The notes beneath the pieces are model-generated. The model worked only from the letters and a program-made list of their open reading frames with translations, was not told the DNA's origin and made no database searches. This document shows positions 41,009-52,746 of a stretch of 64,000 nt of DNA, piece after piece. Location of the stretch: the NCBI RefSeq assembly GCF_024502345.1, contig NZ_JALDNN010000001.1; one strand, given 5' to 3'. The DNA comes from Escherichia coli. GTDB taxonomy: Bacteria; Pseudomonadota; Gammaproteobacteria; Enterobacterales; Enterobacteriaceae. Position 1 is the first letter of the stretch; each line of letters begins with the position of its first letter. The position numbers and the translations under genes are program-made.

Positions 41009-43233
41009 TATCGTTCTGCCGTGAAAAGTGTTTGAATATCATCGCGTAACAGCTGAGCGTCGGTGTAAATCCAGCCGTGAGTCATCACAGTCTGCTGCAA
41101 TTGCTGTTGCATCAGCCTGACCACCGATTCATTTTGTTGACGCAGAGCCAGACTTTCGCGTAAACGCGTCTGTAATTCCGTCAAACATGAAGCGAACTCA
41201 GCGAAAAAAGTATTCATGCCTGCCGTAACAGATTCATCGACCTGCTCTGCCAGAACTTTAGCCATTTGTTGGCAATAGAGATCGACTTCTGCGCTTAATG
41301 CTCGTTGCAACACACTGTAATCAACCGTTTCTGTCGGGGATTTCTCATTTCCCCGTCCCCAGTCGGGCTGATTCAACCAGCGCGAAAAAGTCTCACGCAC
41401 AACGCCTAAACGCGTGCTCTGCTCGTCCGTTGCTTCCTGGCGCGAAATGACTTCACTGAACAGCTGGCGAGTGTTGAAGTGGGGAACTACGCCGTGAAAA
41501 ACAGGAAAATGAAACCCAGGACGAAACCCTGACTCGCTCAATTCTATTTTGATTTGTTGCTCAATGGGGCGAATAACATCGGTTAACACCCGGCAAAGGG
41601 TGGATTCCAGCTCGGCAAAACGCAGCGTAAAGTCGCGACTGATGGTGTTCTGCGCCGTCTGTAACAGTGTCTCACAGCGGGTACGAATCTCGCTTAATGA
41701 CCCCGAATCATCCTGAAACAAGGCGGCAAACTGCGCATTCAGCGCATCTTGCTGTTGACGCAGAAAGTGGTTGGCGGAGGTCAGGGCCAGCTCGATTTCA
41801 TGTTTAATCTCGCCGCTCACCTGCGCCTGATTGAGTTGCAATAGCTGCAAACTTTCTTCGACCTGATGGATATTTTGCCGCAATTGTTCACAAGCGACGT
41901 TTAACCCGTGCGCACGAAAATCCAGGTATTCCCGCGCCTGCTGCGCGTAATTCAACAGTTTATGCGCGGCAGATCGCAGAGCATACAACGAGGCGTTAGC
42001 GTAAGCGGCATGAAGCAACGCCTGAATTGGCTGGGCGAACAGCGAATCTTCCCACAACTGATCGGCAGCATGACGAATATGTTCGAGGTCCGCCAGATCG
42101 GCATGACGCCAGCGCCTGCCGAGCGCGGCATGGGCAAAATCTTCCACCCAGCGTTGTTGCTCTGGCGGTGGTAACTTACCGTTGTTGGCTAACTCATGGC
42201 GCGCCCGATTCGCCAGGTAGCCCCACATCGACGACACCGGAAATATCTGCTGTGGCGTAATACAGCCTTTCATCAGCGTCCCGGAAATCAGTGCCCGCAC
42301 CTGGTCGGCGTCGTCACTGTTACGATCCTGTTGATCGAACTTATTGACCAGCACATACAGCGGCACCGATTGCCCCACCGCCAAAATCGCCTCACGGACC
42401 TCTTCATCGGAGATCGATTTCAGTTGCGTATAATCCAGCACCGCCAGTACCGCCGAGGCGCGAGCCATCTGCTGGTTAAGCATTTTTTGCAGATGCGGTT
42501 GCCCGGCTTCATTTGGCCCGGGGGTATCCAGTAACGTCAACTGACCGGGATAACTCTCCAGCCCCGCCAGATGGACAAACTCCACTTCAATCACGGGAAT
42601 ATGCTCAATGGCGGCGTAAGCAGAAAAAGGAAAATCGACGTCCAGCGCCTTCGCCAGTCGCACTAAATCATTCAAACTTTTCAGACAATGAAAAATAGGC
42701 TGGGCACCCAGATAATATTTTTCGAAAGCGACGCCATTTTCGATCCGCTGCATAAGCGCACGCATATCTTTATCTATTTCCAGCACATCGGTCAGATGCT
42801 TAATATCGCAATCACGCAGGCGCTGTTGTAATTGTTGAATTAAACAATCGATTGGCGCGACATGTGAAAAATGCAGTACCGGTTCCTTTTGCCCGGGCGT
42901 ATGGCGAATAAGCGTTGGCAGCGCAGTCATAGGGCGATTGCGATTAGGCAGAACCTCCGTACCAACAATGGCATTAATGGTGGTTGATTTCCCTGCTTTC
43001 ATAGTACCGACAATCGCCAGCACCATTTCCAGTTGGGAAATTTTACGCAACTCATTATTCAGCATCGCGTGACGCTCGGCGATATTAGGCTGACTCCAGG
43101 GTAAAGCCAGTTGTGGCGCATCATCTCCGGGTACAGAGAGAGGCATTTTTTCCAGTAACTGCAACTGTTGGCGAGAAAGCTGTAACAGGCGTTCAGCCTC
43201 CTGACTTAACTCATACAGGGTCTGTGTGTACAT
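41005..43233 (-). CDS. crfC: Dynamin-like GTPase CrfC (YjdA)
   Basis: 742-aa ORF with N-terminal P-loop GTMKAGKSTTINAIVG. Confidence 0.85.
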   Translation of the reverse strand: MYTQTLYELSQEAERLLQLSRQQLQLLEKMPLSVPGDDAPQLALPWSQPNIAERHAMLNNELRKISQLEMVLAIVGTMKAGKSTTINAIVGTEVLPNRNRPMTALPTLIRHTPGQKEPVLHFSHVAPIDCLIQQLQQRLRDCDIKHLTDVLEIDKDMRALMQRIENGVAFEKYYLGAQPIFHCLKSLNDLVRLAKALDVDFPFSAYAAIEHIPVIEVEFVHLAGLESYPGQLTLLDTPGPNEAGQPHLQKMLNQQMARASAVLAVLDYTQLKSISDEEVREAILAVGQSVPLYVLVNKFDQQDRNSDDADQVRALISGTLMKGCITPQQIFPVSSMWGYLANRARHELANNGKLPPPEQQRWVEDFAHAALGRRWRHADLADLEHIRHAADQLWEDSLFAQPIQALLHAAYANASLYALRSAAHKLLNYAQQAREYLDFRAHGLNVACEQLRQNIHQVEESLQLLQLNQAQVSGEIKHEIELALTSANHFLRQQQDALNAQFAALFQDDSGSLSEIRTRCETLLQTAQNTISRDFTLRFAELESTLCRVLTDVIRPIEQQIKIELSESGFRPGFHFPVFHGVVPHFNTRQLFSEVISRQEATDEQSTRLGVVRETFSRWLNQPDWGRGNEKSPTETVDYSVLQRALSAEVDLYCQQMAKVLAEQVDESVTAGMNTFFAEFASCLTELQTRLRESLALRQQNESVVRLMQQQLQQTVMTHGWIYTDAQLLRDDIQTLFTAERY

Positions 43234-43634
43234 AGAAAATTCTTCCTTAAAGCAAATTTTGTTACTTTTATTTAGCCAGATTGTTTTTGAGTTCTGTTTT
43301 CGGCTTTTATAATTACTGCAAGAAATAATTTTATATTTAGCGTGTTGTTTTTTATTATAATAAATAACGTCTTCCGATACGTTTAAAACGTCAGAAAGAT
43401 AAAAATATCATGTGAATTAAAAAAAGAACAAGTAGAGCATTAACATTATCTTAAATAATAAATAGAGGCAAAAAGATTATTTTCTTTTTGCGTTCCCTTT
43501 CAAATGAAAACGATCGTCGTCTAAAATCAGCAGTACCCCCGACAAACTCAGGGATTTTGTGTATAATTGCGGCCTTTTTCGGCAATCTGCCGTTTTTTGG
43601 CGCTTTTGCCCTGCTGACTTTTGAGGAAATCCAC

Positions 43635-43970
43635 ATGTCATTACCACACTGCCCAAAATGCAACTCCGAATACACCTACGAAGATAACGGCATGTACATC
43701 TGCCCGGAATGTGCCTACGAATGGAACGACGCAGAACCTGCACAGGAAAGCGACGAGCTGATCGTTAAAGATGCTAACGGCAATCTGCTGGCTGACGGCG
43801 ACAGCGTTACCATCATTAAAGATCTGAAGGTGAAAGGTAGCTCTTCGATGCTGAAAATTGGCACCAAAGTGAAAAACATCCGCCTGGTTGAAGGCGACCA
43901 TAACATCGATTGCAAAATCGACGGTTTTGGTCCGATGAAACTGAAATCTGAGTTTGTGAAAAAGAACTGA
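43635..43970 (+). CDS. phnA: Zinc-ribbon protein PhnA (YjdM)
   Basis: 111-aa [35 protein letters not shown]... Confidence 0.9.
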
Positions 43971-43985
43971 TTGTATTGTGATCGG

Positions 43986-44163
<178 letters not shown>

Positions 44164-44227
44164 AGCCTCTCATCTGTATAAATTTCGAACTACACTTAAC
44201 TGGCTTCTCTTAACTGAGGTCACCATC

Positions 44228-44671
44228 ATGCCGTTAAGTCCCTACCTCTCTTTTGCCGGTAACTGTGCCGACGCAATTGCTTATTATCAACGTACGTTGG
44301 GCGCTGAACTGCTCTATAAAATCAGCTTCGGCGAAATGCCAAAATCAGCGCAGGACAGCGCCGAGAACTGCCCTTCCGGAATGCAATTTCCCGATACCGC
44401 CATCGCCCACGCCAATGTGCGCATTGCCGGAAGCGACATCATGATGAGCGATGCCATGCCGTCAGGAAAAGCCAGCTACTCCGGCTTTACGCTGGTGCTC
44501 GATTCGCAACAGGTCGAAGAAGGAAAACGCTGGTTTGACAATCTTGCCGCTAACGGAAAAATCGAAATGGCCTGGCAGGAAACTTTCTGGGCGCATGGCT
44601 TTGGCAAAGTCACCGATAAATTTGGCGTACCGTGGATGATTAATGTCGTCAAACAACAACCAACGCAATAA
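44228..44671 (+). CDS. yjdN: YjdN (PhnB), glyoxalase-fold protein
   Basis: 147-aa ORF between phnA and phnC. Confidence 0.85.
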   Translation: MPLSPYLSFAGNCADAIAYYQRTLGAELLYKISFGEMPKSAQDSAENCPSGMQFPDTAIAHANVRIAGSDIMMSDAMPSGKASYSGFTLVLDSQQVEEGKRWFDNLAANGKIEMAWQETFWAHGFGKVTDKFGVPWMINVVKQQPTQ

Positions 44672-44726
44672 TCCGCCGGGAGGCCCGCCCTCCCGCACTG
44701 TCATCGAATTCCCGTTAACTCTTCAT

Positions 44727-44763
44727 CTGTTAGTCACTTTTAATTAACCAAATCGTCACAATA
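44727..44763 (+). promoter_or_regulatory. Probable Pho box (PhoB binding site) of the phnC promoter
   Basis: ctgttagtcac...aatcgtcacaat direct-repeat motif about 40-80 bp upstream of phnC, followed by RBS gggagg. Confidence 0.5.
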
Positions 44764-44803
44764 ATCCGCCACGATGGAGCCACTTTTTTAGGGAGGCTGC
44801 ATC

Positions 44804-45592
44804 ATGCAAACGATTATCCGTGTCGAGAAGCTCGCCAAAACCTTCAATCAGCATCAGGCGCTGCATGCGGTTGATCTGAACATTCATCACGGTGAAATGG
44901 TGGCTCTGCTTGGGCCGTCGGGTTCCGGCAAATCCACCCTTTTACGTCATTTAAGCGGTTTGATTACCGGCGATAAATCCGCCGGTAGCCATATCGAGCT
45001 ACTGGGCCGCACTGTCCAGCGCGAAGGCCGCCTGGCCCGCGATATCCGCAAAAGCCGCGCCAACACCGGCTACATCTTCCAACAATTCAACCTGGTGAAC
45101 CGCCTGAGCGTACTGGAGAACGTGCTGATTGGCGCGCTCGGCAGCACGCCGTTCTGGCGCACCTGTTTTAGCTGGTTCACCGGCGAGCAGAAACAGCGCG
45201 CGTTACAGGCGCTGACCCGCGTTGGCATGGTGCATTTTACCCATCAGCGCGTTTCCACCCTCTCCGGCGGCCAGCAGCAGCGTGTGGCGATTGCCCGCGC
45301 GCTGATGCAGCAGGCGAAGGTGATTCTGGCCGATGAACCGATCGCCTCGCTGGACCCGGAATCGGCGCGCATCGTGATGGACACCCTGCGCGACATAAAC
45401 CAGAACGACGGCATCACCGTGGTCGTCACGCTGCATCAGGTGGATTACGCCCTGCGCTACTGCGAGCGCATCGTCGCCCTGCGTCAGGGGCACGTCTTCT
45501 ACGACGGCAGCAGCCAACAGTTTGATAACGAACGTTTTGACCATCTCTACCGCAGCATTAACCGCGTCGAAGAGAACGCGAAAGCTGCCTGA
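44804..45592 (+). CDS. phnC: Phosphonate ABC transporter ATP-binding protein PhnC
   Basis: 262-aa ABC ATPase ORF with Walker [10 protein letters not shown]. Confidence 0.95.
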   Translation: MQTIIRVEKLAKTFNQHQALHAVDLNIHHGEMVALLGPSGSGKSTLLRHLSGLITGDKSAGSHIELLGRTVQREGRLARDIRKSRANTGYIFQQFNLVNRLSVLENVLIGALGSTPFWRTCFSWFTGEQKQRALQALTRVGMVHFTHQRVSTLSGGQQQRVAIARALMQQAKVILADEPIASLDPESARIVMDTLRDINQNDGITVVVTLHQVDYALRYCERIVALRQGHVFYDGSSQQFDNERFDHLYRSINRVEENAKAA

Positions 45593-45616
45593 CATCCCCA
45601 TCATTGAGGAAAACGA

Positions 45617-46633
45617 ATGAACGCTAAGATAATTGCCTCGCTGGCCTTCACCAGCATGTTCAGCCTCAGCACCCTGTTAACCCCGGCGCATGCCGAAGAG
45701 CAGGAAAAGGCGCTGAATTTCGGCATTATTTCAACGGAATCACAGCAAAACCTGAAACCGCAATGGACGCCGTTTTTACAGGATATGGAGAAGAAGCTGG
45801 GCGTGAAGGTCAACGCCTTCTTTGCCCCGGATTACGCGGGCATTATCCAGGGAATGCGCTTCAACAAAGTGGATATCGCCTGGTACGGCAACCTGTCGGC
45901 GATGGAAGCGGTGGATCGCGCCAACGGTCAGGTCTTCGCTCAGACCGTAGCGGCGGACGGATCGCCGGGTTACTGGAGCGTGTTGATCGTCAACAAAGAT
46001 AGCCCGATCAACAACCTGAACGATCTGCTGGCGAAGCGGAAAGATCTCACCTTCGGCAATGGCGATCCTAACTCCACCTCTGGCTTCCTCGTCCCCGGTT
46101 ACTACGTCTTTGCCAAAAACAATATCTCCGCTAACGACTTTAAGCGCACCGTCAACGCCGGGCATGAAACCAACGCGCTGGCCGTCGCCAACAAGCAGGT
46201 GGATGTTGCCACCAACAACACCGAAAACCTCGACAAGCTGAAAACCTCCGCGCCGGAGAAGTTGAAAGAACTGAAAGTGATCTGGAAGTCGCCGCTGATC
46301 CCAGGCGATCCGATCGTCTGGCGCAAAAATCTTTCCGAAACCACCAAAGACAAGATCTACGACTTCTTTATGAACTACGGCAAAACGCCGGAAGAAAAAG
46401 CGGTGCTGGAACGCCTGGGCTGGGCACCGTTTCGCGCTTCCAGCGACCTGCAACTGGTGCCGATTCGCCAGCTCGCGCTGTTTAAAGAGATGCAGGGCGT
46501 GAAAAGCAATAAAGGACTGAATGAGCAGGACAAGCTGGCAAAAACCACCGAGATTCAGGCGCAGCTGGATGACCTGGACCGCCTGAACAACGCGCTAAGC
46601 GCGATGAGTTCGGTGAGTAAAGCGGTGCAGTAA
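45617..46633 (+). CDS. phnD: Phosphonate ABC transporter periplasmic binding protein PhnD
   Basis: 338-aa ORF with signal peptide. Confidence 0.95.
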   Translation: MNAKIIASLAFTSMFSLSTLLTPAHAEEQEKALNFGIISTESQQNLKPQWTPFLQDMEKKLGVKVNAFFAPDYAGIIQGMRFNKVDIAWYGNLSAMEAVDRANGQVFAQTVAADGSPGYWSVLIVNKDSPINNLNDLLAKRKDLTFGNGDPNSTSGFLVPGYYVFAKNNISANDFKRTVNAGHETNALAVANKQVDVATNNTENLDKLKTSAPEKLKELKVIWKSPLIPGDPIVWRKNLSETTKDKIYDFFMNYGKTPEEKAVLERLGWAPFRASSDLQLVPIRQLALFKEMQGVKSNKGLNEQDKLAKTTEIQAQLDDLDRLNNALSAMSSVSKAVQ

Positions 46634-46635
46634 AT

Positions 46636-46726
46636 CGTAGGTCGGATAAGACGCCCCGGCGTCGCATCCGACAATGTGCAGGCGTTGATGCCGGATGCGG
46701 TGCAAGCACCTTATCCGGCCTACAGA
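46636..46726. repeat. REP elements between phnD and phnE
   Basis: gtaggtcggataagacg...gcgtcgcatccgaca and gatgccggatgcgg...ttatccggcctaca motifs. Confidence 0.75.
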
Positions 46727-46738
46727 CCGGAGCCAAAC

Positions 46739-47518
46739 ATGCAAACCATCACCATCGCCCCACCCAAGCGCAGCTGGTTCTCGCTTCTGAGCTGGGCCGT
46801 TGTACTCGCCGTGCTGGTCGTCTCGTGGCAGGGCGCGGAAATGGCCCCGCTCACGCTGATTAAAGACGGCGGCAACATGGCGACTTTCGCCGCCGACTTC
46901 TTCCCGCCTGATTACAGCCAGTGGCAGGATTACCTCACCGAAATGCTCGTCACGCTGCAAATCGCCGTCTGGGGCACGGCGCTGGCGGTGGTGCTCTCCA
47001 TCCCCTTCGGCCTGATGAGCGCCGAAAACCTGGTGCCGTGGTGGGTTTACCAGCCCGTTCGCCGCCTGATGGACGCCTGCCGCGCCATTAACGAAATGGT
47101 CTTCGCCATGCTGTTCGTGGTCGCCGTCGGCCTCGGCCCGTTCGCTGGCGTGTTGGCGCTGTTTATCCACACCACCGGCGTGCTCTCCAAACTGCTTTCC
47201 GAAGCGGTGGAAGCGATTGAACCCGGCCCGGTGGAAGGCATTCGCGCCACCGGCGCCAACAAGCTGGAAGAGATCCTTTACGGCGTGCTGCCACAGGTAA
47301 TGCCGCTGCTGATCTCCTACTCCCTCTATCGCTTCGAATCCAACGTCCGCTCGGCGACCGTCGTCGGCATGGTCGGTGCAGGCGGGATCGGCGTCACCCT
47401 GTGGGAAGCGATTCGCGGTTTCCAGTTCCAACAAACCTGCGCCCTGATGGTGCTTATCATCGTCACGGTCAGCCTGCTGGATTTCCTCTCTCAACGGTTG
47501 CGTAAGCACTTTATCTGA
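46739..47518 (+). CDS. phnE: Phosphonate ABC transporter permease PhnE (single continuous reading frame)
   Basis: 259-aa continuous [28 protein letters not shown]...; no frameshift visible. Confidence 0.9.
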   Translation: MQTITIAPPKRSWFSLLSWAVVLAVLVVSWQGAEMAPLTLIKDGGNMATFAADFFPPDYSQWQDYLTEMLVTLQIAVWGTALAVVLSIPFGLMSAENLVPWWVYQPVRRLMDACRAINEMVFAMLFVVAVGLGPFAGVLALFIHTTGVLSKLLSEAVEAIEPGPVEGIRATGANKLEEILYGVLPQVMPLLISYSLYRFESNVRSATVVGMVGAGGIGVTLWEAIRGFQFQQTCALMVLIIVTVSLLDFLSQRLRKHFI

Positions 47519-47538
47519 TAAGCGAGGCATTGATATCT

Positions 47539-48264
47539 ATGCACTTGTCTACACATCCGACCAGCTACCCAACACGCTATCAGGAGATAGCCGCAAAACT
47601 TGAGCAGGAGCTTCGTCAACACTACCGCTGCGGCGACTATCTTCCCGCCGAGCAGCAACTGGCGGCGCGCTTTGAGGTGAACCGCCACACCCTGCGCCGC
47701 GCCATCGACCAACTGGTGGAAAAAGGCTGGGTACAGCGCCGTCAGGGCGTCGGCGTGCTGGTGCTGATGCGCCCGTTCGATTACCCGCTCAACGCCCAGG
47801 CGCGTTTTAGCCAGAACCTGCTGGATCAGGGCAGCCATCCCACCAGCGAAAAACTGCTGTCAGTATTGCGCCCGGCCTCCGGTCACGTCGCTGACGCGCT
47901 GGGGATCAAGGAGGGCGAGAACGTTATCCACCTGCGCACCCTGCGCCGGGTCAACGGCATCGCGCTCTGTTTAATCGACCACTACTTCGCGGACCTCACC
48001 CTCTGGCCGACGCTGCAACGCTTCGACAGCGGCTCGCTGCACGATTTTCTGCGCGAGCAAACCGGGATTGCACTGCGCCGCAGCCAGACACGGATCAGCG
48101 CCCGCCGCGCCCAGGCCAAAGAGTGCCAGCGTCTTGAAATCCCGAATATGTCGCCGCTGCTGTGCGTGCGCACCCTTAACCACCGTGACGGTGAAAGCAG
48201 CCCGGCGGAGTACTCCGTCAGCCTGACGCGCGCCGACATGATTGAATTCACTATGGAGCACTGA
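47539..48264 (+). CDS. phnF: GntR-family regulator PhnF
   Basis: 241-aa ORF with N-terminal GntR HTH. Confidence 0.9.
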   Translation: MHLSTHPTSYPTRYQEIAAKLEQELRQHYRCGDYLPAEQQLAARFEVNRHTLRRAIDQLVEKGWVQRRQGVGVLVLMRPFDYPLNAQARFSQNLLDQGSHPTSEKLLSVLRPASGHVADALGIKEGENVIHLRTLRRVNGIALCLIDHYFADLTLWPTLQRFDSGSLHDFLREQTGIALRRSQTRISARRAQAKECQRLEIPNMSPLLCVRTLNHRDGESSPAEYSVSLTRADMIEFTMEH

Positions 48265-48717
48265 ATGCACGCAGATACCGCGACCCGCCAGCACTGGATG
48301 TCCGTACTGGCACACAGCCAACCGGCAGAACTGGCAGCCCGCCTGAACGCGCTGAACATCACCGCCGACTATGAGGTGATCCGCGCCGCCGAAACCGGCC
48401 TGGTGCAGATTCAGGCGCGAATGGGCGGCACCGGCGAACGCTTTTTTGCCGGCGACGCCACGCTCACCCGCGCCGCCGTACGCCTGACTGACGGCACGCT
48501 CGGCTACAGCTGGGTGCTGGGGCGCGACAAACAGCACGCCGAACGCTGCGCGCTGATTGACGCGCTGATGCAGCAATCTCGCCACTTTCAAAACTTATCA
48601 GAAACGCTTATTGCCCCGCTGGACGCTGACCGTATGGCACGCATTGCCGCACGCCAGGCCGAAGTGAACGCCAGCCGGGTCGACTTCTTTACGATGGTTC
48701 GCGGAGACAACGCATGA
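48265..48717 (+). CDS. phnG: C-P lyase complex subunit PhnG
   Basis: 150-aa ORF; operon position. Confidence 0.9.
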   Translation: MHADTATRQHWMSVLAHSQPAELAARLNALNITADYEVIRAAETGLVQIQARMGGTGERFFAGDATLTRAAVRLTDGTLGYSWVLGRDKQHAERCALIDALMQQSRHFQNLSETLIAPLDADRMARIAARQAEVNASRVDFFTMVRGDNA

Positions 48718-49298
48718 CCCTGGAAACCGCTTTTATGCTTCCCGTGCAGGATGCCCAGCACAGTTTTCGTCGCCTGTTAAAGGCCATGAGCGAGCCGGGC
48801 GTGATTGTCGCCCTGCATCAGCTTAAACGCGGCTGGCAGCCGCTGAATATCGCCACCACCAGCGTGCTGCTGACGCTGGCCGATAACGACACGCCGGTGT
48901 GGCTTTCTGCCCCATTAAGTAACGATATAGTCAGCCAGAGCCTGCGTTTTCATACCAACGCGCCGCTGGTCAGCCAGCCGGAACAGGCGACCTTCGCGGT
49001 AACGGATGAGGCGATTTCCAGCGAACAGCTTAACGCCCTTTCAACCGGCACCGCCGTTGCGCCGGAAGCGGGCGCGACGCTGATTTTACAGGTCGCCAGC
49101 CTGAGCGGCGGGCGCATGTTGCGCCTCACCGGCGCGGGCATTGCCGAAGAACGAATGATCGCCCCGCTGCTGCCGGAGTGCATTCTGCACGAACTCACCG
49201 AGCGCCCGCACCCGTTCCCGCTCGGCATCGACCTGATCCTGACCTGCGGCGAGCGCCTGCTGGCTATTCCGCGAACCACTCATGTGGAGGTGTGCTGA
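48714..49298 (+). CDS. phnH: C-P lyase complex subunit PhnH
   Basis: 194-aa ORF overlapping phnG stop. Confidence 0.9.
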   Translation: MTLETAFMLPVQDAQHSFRRLLKAMSEPGVIVALHQLKRGWQPLNIATTSVLLTLADNDTPVWLSAPLSNDIVSQSLRFHTNAPLVSQPEQATFAVTDEAISSEQLNALSTGTAVAPEAGATLILQVASLSGGRMLRLTGAGIAEERMIAPLLPECILHELTERPHPFPLGIDLILTCGERLLAIPRTTHVEVC

Positions 49299-50362
49299 TG
49301 TACGTTGCCGTGAAAGGGGGCGAAAAGGCGATCGATGCCGCACACGCCCTGCAAGAGAGCCGACGCCGGGGCGATACCGATTTGCCTGAACTGAGCGTCG
49401 CCCAGATTGAACAGCAGCTTAATCTTGCGGTGGATCGCGTGATGACCGAAGGCGGCATTGCCGACCGCGAACTGGCGGCGCTGGCGCTGAAACAGGCCAG
49501 CGGCGATAACGTCGAAGCAATTTTCCTGCTGCGCGCCTACCGCACCACGCTGGCGAAGCTGGCGGTGAGCGAACCGCTCGACACCACCGAGATGCGTCTC
49601 GAACGGCGTATCTCCGCTGTTTATAAAGATATTCCCGGCGGCCAACTGCTTGGCCCAACCTACGACTACACCCATCGCCTGCTCGATTTCACCCTGCTGG
49701 CAAACGGCGAAGCGCCGACGCTGACCACCGCCGACAGCGAACAACAGCCGTCGCCGCACATTTTCAGCCTGCTGGCGCGTCAGGGGCTGGCGAAGTTTGA
49801 AGAGGATAGCGGCGCACAGCCGGATGACATCACCCGCACGCCGCCGGTTTACCCCTGCTCACGTTCTTCCCGTTTGCAGCAGTTGATGCGCGGCGACGAA
49901 GGCTATTTGCTGGCGCTGGCCTACTCCACCCAACGCGGTTACGGGCGCAACCACCCGTTCGCGGGTGAAATCCGCAGTGGTTACATCGACGTGTCGATTG
50001 TGCCGGAAGAGCTGGGATTTGCGGTGAACGTCGGCGAATTGCTGATGACTGAGTGTGAAATGATCAACGGTTTTATCGACCCGCCGGGTGAGCCGCCGCA
50101 CTTCACGCGCGGCTACGGGCTGGTGTTCGGCATGAGCGAGCGCAAAGCGATGGCGATGGCGCTGGTCGATCGTGCGTTGCAGGCTCCGGAGTACGGCGAG
50201 CACGCGACAGGCCCGGCGCAGGATGAAGAGTTCGTGCTGGCGCATGCCGACAACGTCGAAGCCGCAGGCTTTGTCTCGCACCTCAAACTCCCGCACTACG
50301 TCGATTTCCAGGCCGAACTGGAGCTACTCAAACGTCTGCAACAGGAGCAGAACCATGGCTAA
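49298..50362 (+). CDS. phnI: C-P lyase complex subunit PhnI
   Basis: 354-aa ORF from ATG at 49298 ([16 protein letters not shown]...). Confidence 0.9.
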   Translation: MYVAVKGGEKAIDAAHALQESRRRGDTDLPELSVAQIEQQLNLAVDRVMTEGGIADRELAALALKQASGDNVEAIFLLRAYRTTLAKLAVSEPLDTTEMRLERRISAVYKDIPGGQLLGPTYDYTHRLLDFTLLANGEAPTLTTADSEQQPSPHIFSLLARQGLAKFEEDSGAQPDDITRTPPVYPCSRSSRLQQLMRGDEGYLLALAYSTQRGYGRNHPFAGEIRSGYIDVSIVPEELGFAVNVGELLMTECEMINGFIDPPGEPPHFTRGYGLVFGMSERKAMAMALVDRALQAPEYGEHATGPAQDEEFVLAHADNVEAAGFVSHLKLPHYVDFQAELELLKRLQQEQNHG

Positions 50363-51200
50363 TCTGAGCGGCTACAACTTTGCCTACCTCGACGAGCAGA
50401 CCAAACGCATGATCCGCCGCGCCATCTTAAAAGCGGTGGCGATCCCCGGTTATCAGGTGCCGTTTGGCGGGCGTGAGATGCCGATGCCGTACGGCTGGGG
50501 AACCGGCGGTATTCAGCTTACCGCCAGCGTGATTGGCGAAAGCGACGTGTTGAAGGTGATTGACCAGGGCGCGGATGACACCACCAACGCCGTGTCGATT
50601 CGCAACTTTTTCAAGCGCGTGACCGGGGTAAACACCACCGAGCGCACGGACGATGCAACGGTCATCCAGACGCGTCACCGCATCCCCGAAACGCCGCTGA
50701 CCGAAGATCAGATAATTATTTTCCAGGTGCCGATCCCGGAACCACTGCGCTTTATCGAGCCGCGCGAAACGGAAACCCGCACCATGCACGCGCTGGAGGA
50801 GTACGGCGTGATGCAGGTGAAACTGTATGAAGATATCGCCCGCTTCGGTCATATCGCCACTACCTACGCCTATCCGGTGAAGGTGAACGGGCGCTACGTA
50901 ATGGACCCATCGCCGATCCCGAAATTCGATAACCCGAAAATGGACATGATGCCCGCCCTGCAACTGTTCGGCGCCGGGCGTGAGAAGCGCATCTATGCGG
51001 TGCCGCCGTTTACCCGCGTGGAAAGCCTCGATTTCGACGATCACCCGTTCACCGTTCAGCAGTGGGATGAGCCATGCGCCATCTGCGGATCGACCCACAG
51101 CTATCTTGATGAAGTGGTGCTGGATGACGCCGGAAACCGCATGTTTGTCTGCTCCGATACCGATTATTGCCGCCAACAGAGCGAGGCAAAAAGCCAATGA
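50355..51200 (+). CDS. phnJ: C-P lyase PhnJ (radical SAM-like Fe-S enzyme)
   Basis: 281-aa ORF from MANLSGYNFAYLDEQTKRMIRRA; C-terminal Cys cluster CAICGS...CSDTDYC. Confidence 0.9.
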   Translation: MANLSGYNFAYLDEQTKRMIRRAILKAVAIPGYQVPFGGREMPMPYGWGTGGIQLTASVIGESDVLKVIDQGADDTTNAVSIRNFFKRVTGVNTTERTDDATVIQTRHRIPETPLTEDQIIIFQVPIPEPLRFIEPRETETRTMHALEEYGVMQVKLYEDIARFGHIATTYAYPVKVNGRYVMDPSPIPKFDNPKMDMMPALQLFGAGREKRIYAVPPFTRVESLDFDDHPFTVQQWDEPCAICGSTHSYLDEVVLDDAGNRMFVCSDTDYCRQQSEAKSQ

Positions 51201-51955
51201 ATCAACCGTTACTTTCGGTCAATAACCTGACCCACCTTTACGCGCCGGGCAAAGGCTTTAGCGATGTCTCTTTTGATTTATGGCCGGGGGAAGTGCTGGG
51301 CATTGTCGGGGAATCCGGTTCCGGGAAGACCACGCTGCTGAAATCAATTTCCGCGCGTCTGACGCCGCAGCAGGGGGAGATTCACTATGAAAACCGTTCC
51401 CTCTATGGCATGAGCGAGGCCGACCGCCGTCGCCTGCTGCGCACCGAATGGGGCGTGGTGCATCAGCATCCGCTCGACGGCCTGCGCCGCCAGGTGTCGG
51501 CAGGCGGCAATATCGGCGAGCGGCTGATGGCGACCGGGGCACGTCATTACGGCGATATTCGCGCCACCGCGCAGAAGTGGCTGGAAGAGGTGGAAATTCC
51601 CGCCAACCGGATCGACGACCTGCCGACCACCTTTTCCGGCGGCATGCAGCAGCGTTTGCAGATTGCCCGCAACCTGGTGACGCATCCGAAGCTGGTGTTT
51701 ATGGATGAACCGACCGGCGGGCTGGATGTGTCGGTGCAGGCGCGCCTGCTCGACCTGCTGCGCGGCCTGGTGGTGGAGCTGAATCTGGCGGTGGTGATTG
51801 TCACCCACGATTTAGGCGTCGCCCGCCTGCTGGCGGACCGTTTGCTGGTGATGAAGCAGGGGCAAGTGGTGGAGAGTGGGTTAACCGACCGCGTGCTCGA
51901 CGACCCGCACCATCCGTATACACAACTGCTGGTGTCATCGGTTTTGCAGAATTGA
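51197..51955 (+). CDS. phnK: ATP-binding protein PhnK
   Basis: 252-aa ABC-type ATPase (GESGSGKTT). Confidence 0.9.
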   Translation: MNQPLLSVNNLTHLYAPGKGFSDVSFDLWPGEVLGIVGESGSGKTTLLKSISARLTPQQGEIHYENRSLYGMSEADRRRLLRTEWGVVHQHPLDGLRRQVSAGGNIGERLMATGARHYGDIRATAQKWLEEVEIPANRIDDLPTTFSGGMQQRLQIARNLVTHPKLVFMDEPTGGLDVSVQARLLDLLRGLVVELNLAVVIVTHDLGVARLLADRLLVMKQGQVVESGLTDRVLDDPHHPYTQLLVSSVLQN

Positions 51956-51960
51956 GCCGG

Positions 51961-52045
<85 letters not shown>

Positions 52046-52065
52046 CCCGAACCACGAGGCGAAAA

Positions 52066-52746
52066 ATGATTAACGTACAAAACGTCAGTAAAACCTTCAT
52101 CCTGCACCAGCAAAACGGCGTGCGCCTGCCCGTCCTCAACCGCGCCTCGCTCACCGTCAACGCGGGCGAATGCGTGGTGCTCCACGGCCATTCCGGCAGC
52201 GGAAAATCAACCCTGCTACGCTCGCTGTACGCCAACTATCTGCCCGACGAAGGGCAAATCCAGATCAAACACGGTGACGAATGGGTCGATCTGGTCACCG
52301 CGCCAGCGCGCAAAGTGGTGGAAATCCGCAAAACCACCGTTGGCTGGGTGAGCCAGTTTCTGCGCGTCATCCCGCGTATTTCAGCACTGGAAGTGGTAAT
52401 GCAGCCGCTGCTCGATACCGGCGTACCGCGTGAAGCCTGCGCCGCTAAAGCCGCGCGTCTGCTCACCCGCCTGAACGTGCCGGAACGCCTGTGGCATCTG
52501 GCGCCATCGACCTTCTCCGGCGGCGAACAGCAGCGCGTCAACATCGCCCGCGGCTTTATCGTCGACTACCCGATTCTGCTGCTCGACGAACCTACCGCCT
52601 CGCTGGACGCTAAAAACAGCGCCGCCGTAGTGGAACTGATCCGCGAAGCCAAAGCCCGTGGCGCAGCCATCGTCGGCATCTTCCATGACGAAGCCGTACG
52701 TAATGACGTCGCCGACCGCCTGCACCCAATGGGAGCCTCTTCATGA
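52066..52746 (+). CDS. phnL: ATP-binding protein PhnL
   Basis: 226-aa ABC-type ATPase from [11 protein letters not shown]... Confidence 0.9.
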   Translation: MINVQNVSKTFILHQQNGVRLPVLNRASLTVNAGECVVLHGHSGSGKSTLLRSLYANYLPDEGQIQIKHGDEWVDLVTAPARKVVEIRKTTVGWVSQFLRVIPRISALEVVMQPLLDTGVPREACAAKAARLLTRLNVPERLWHLAPSTFSGGEQQRVNIARGFIVDYPILLLDEPTASLDAKNSAAVVELIREAKARGAAIVGIFHDEAVRNDVADRLHPMGASS

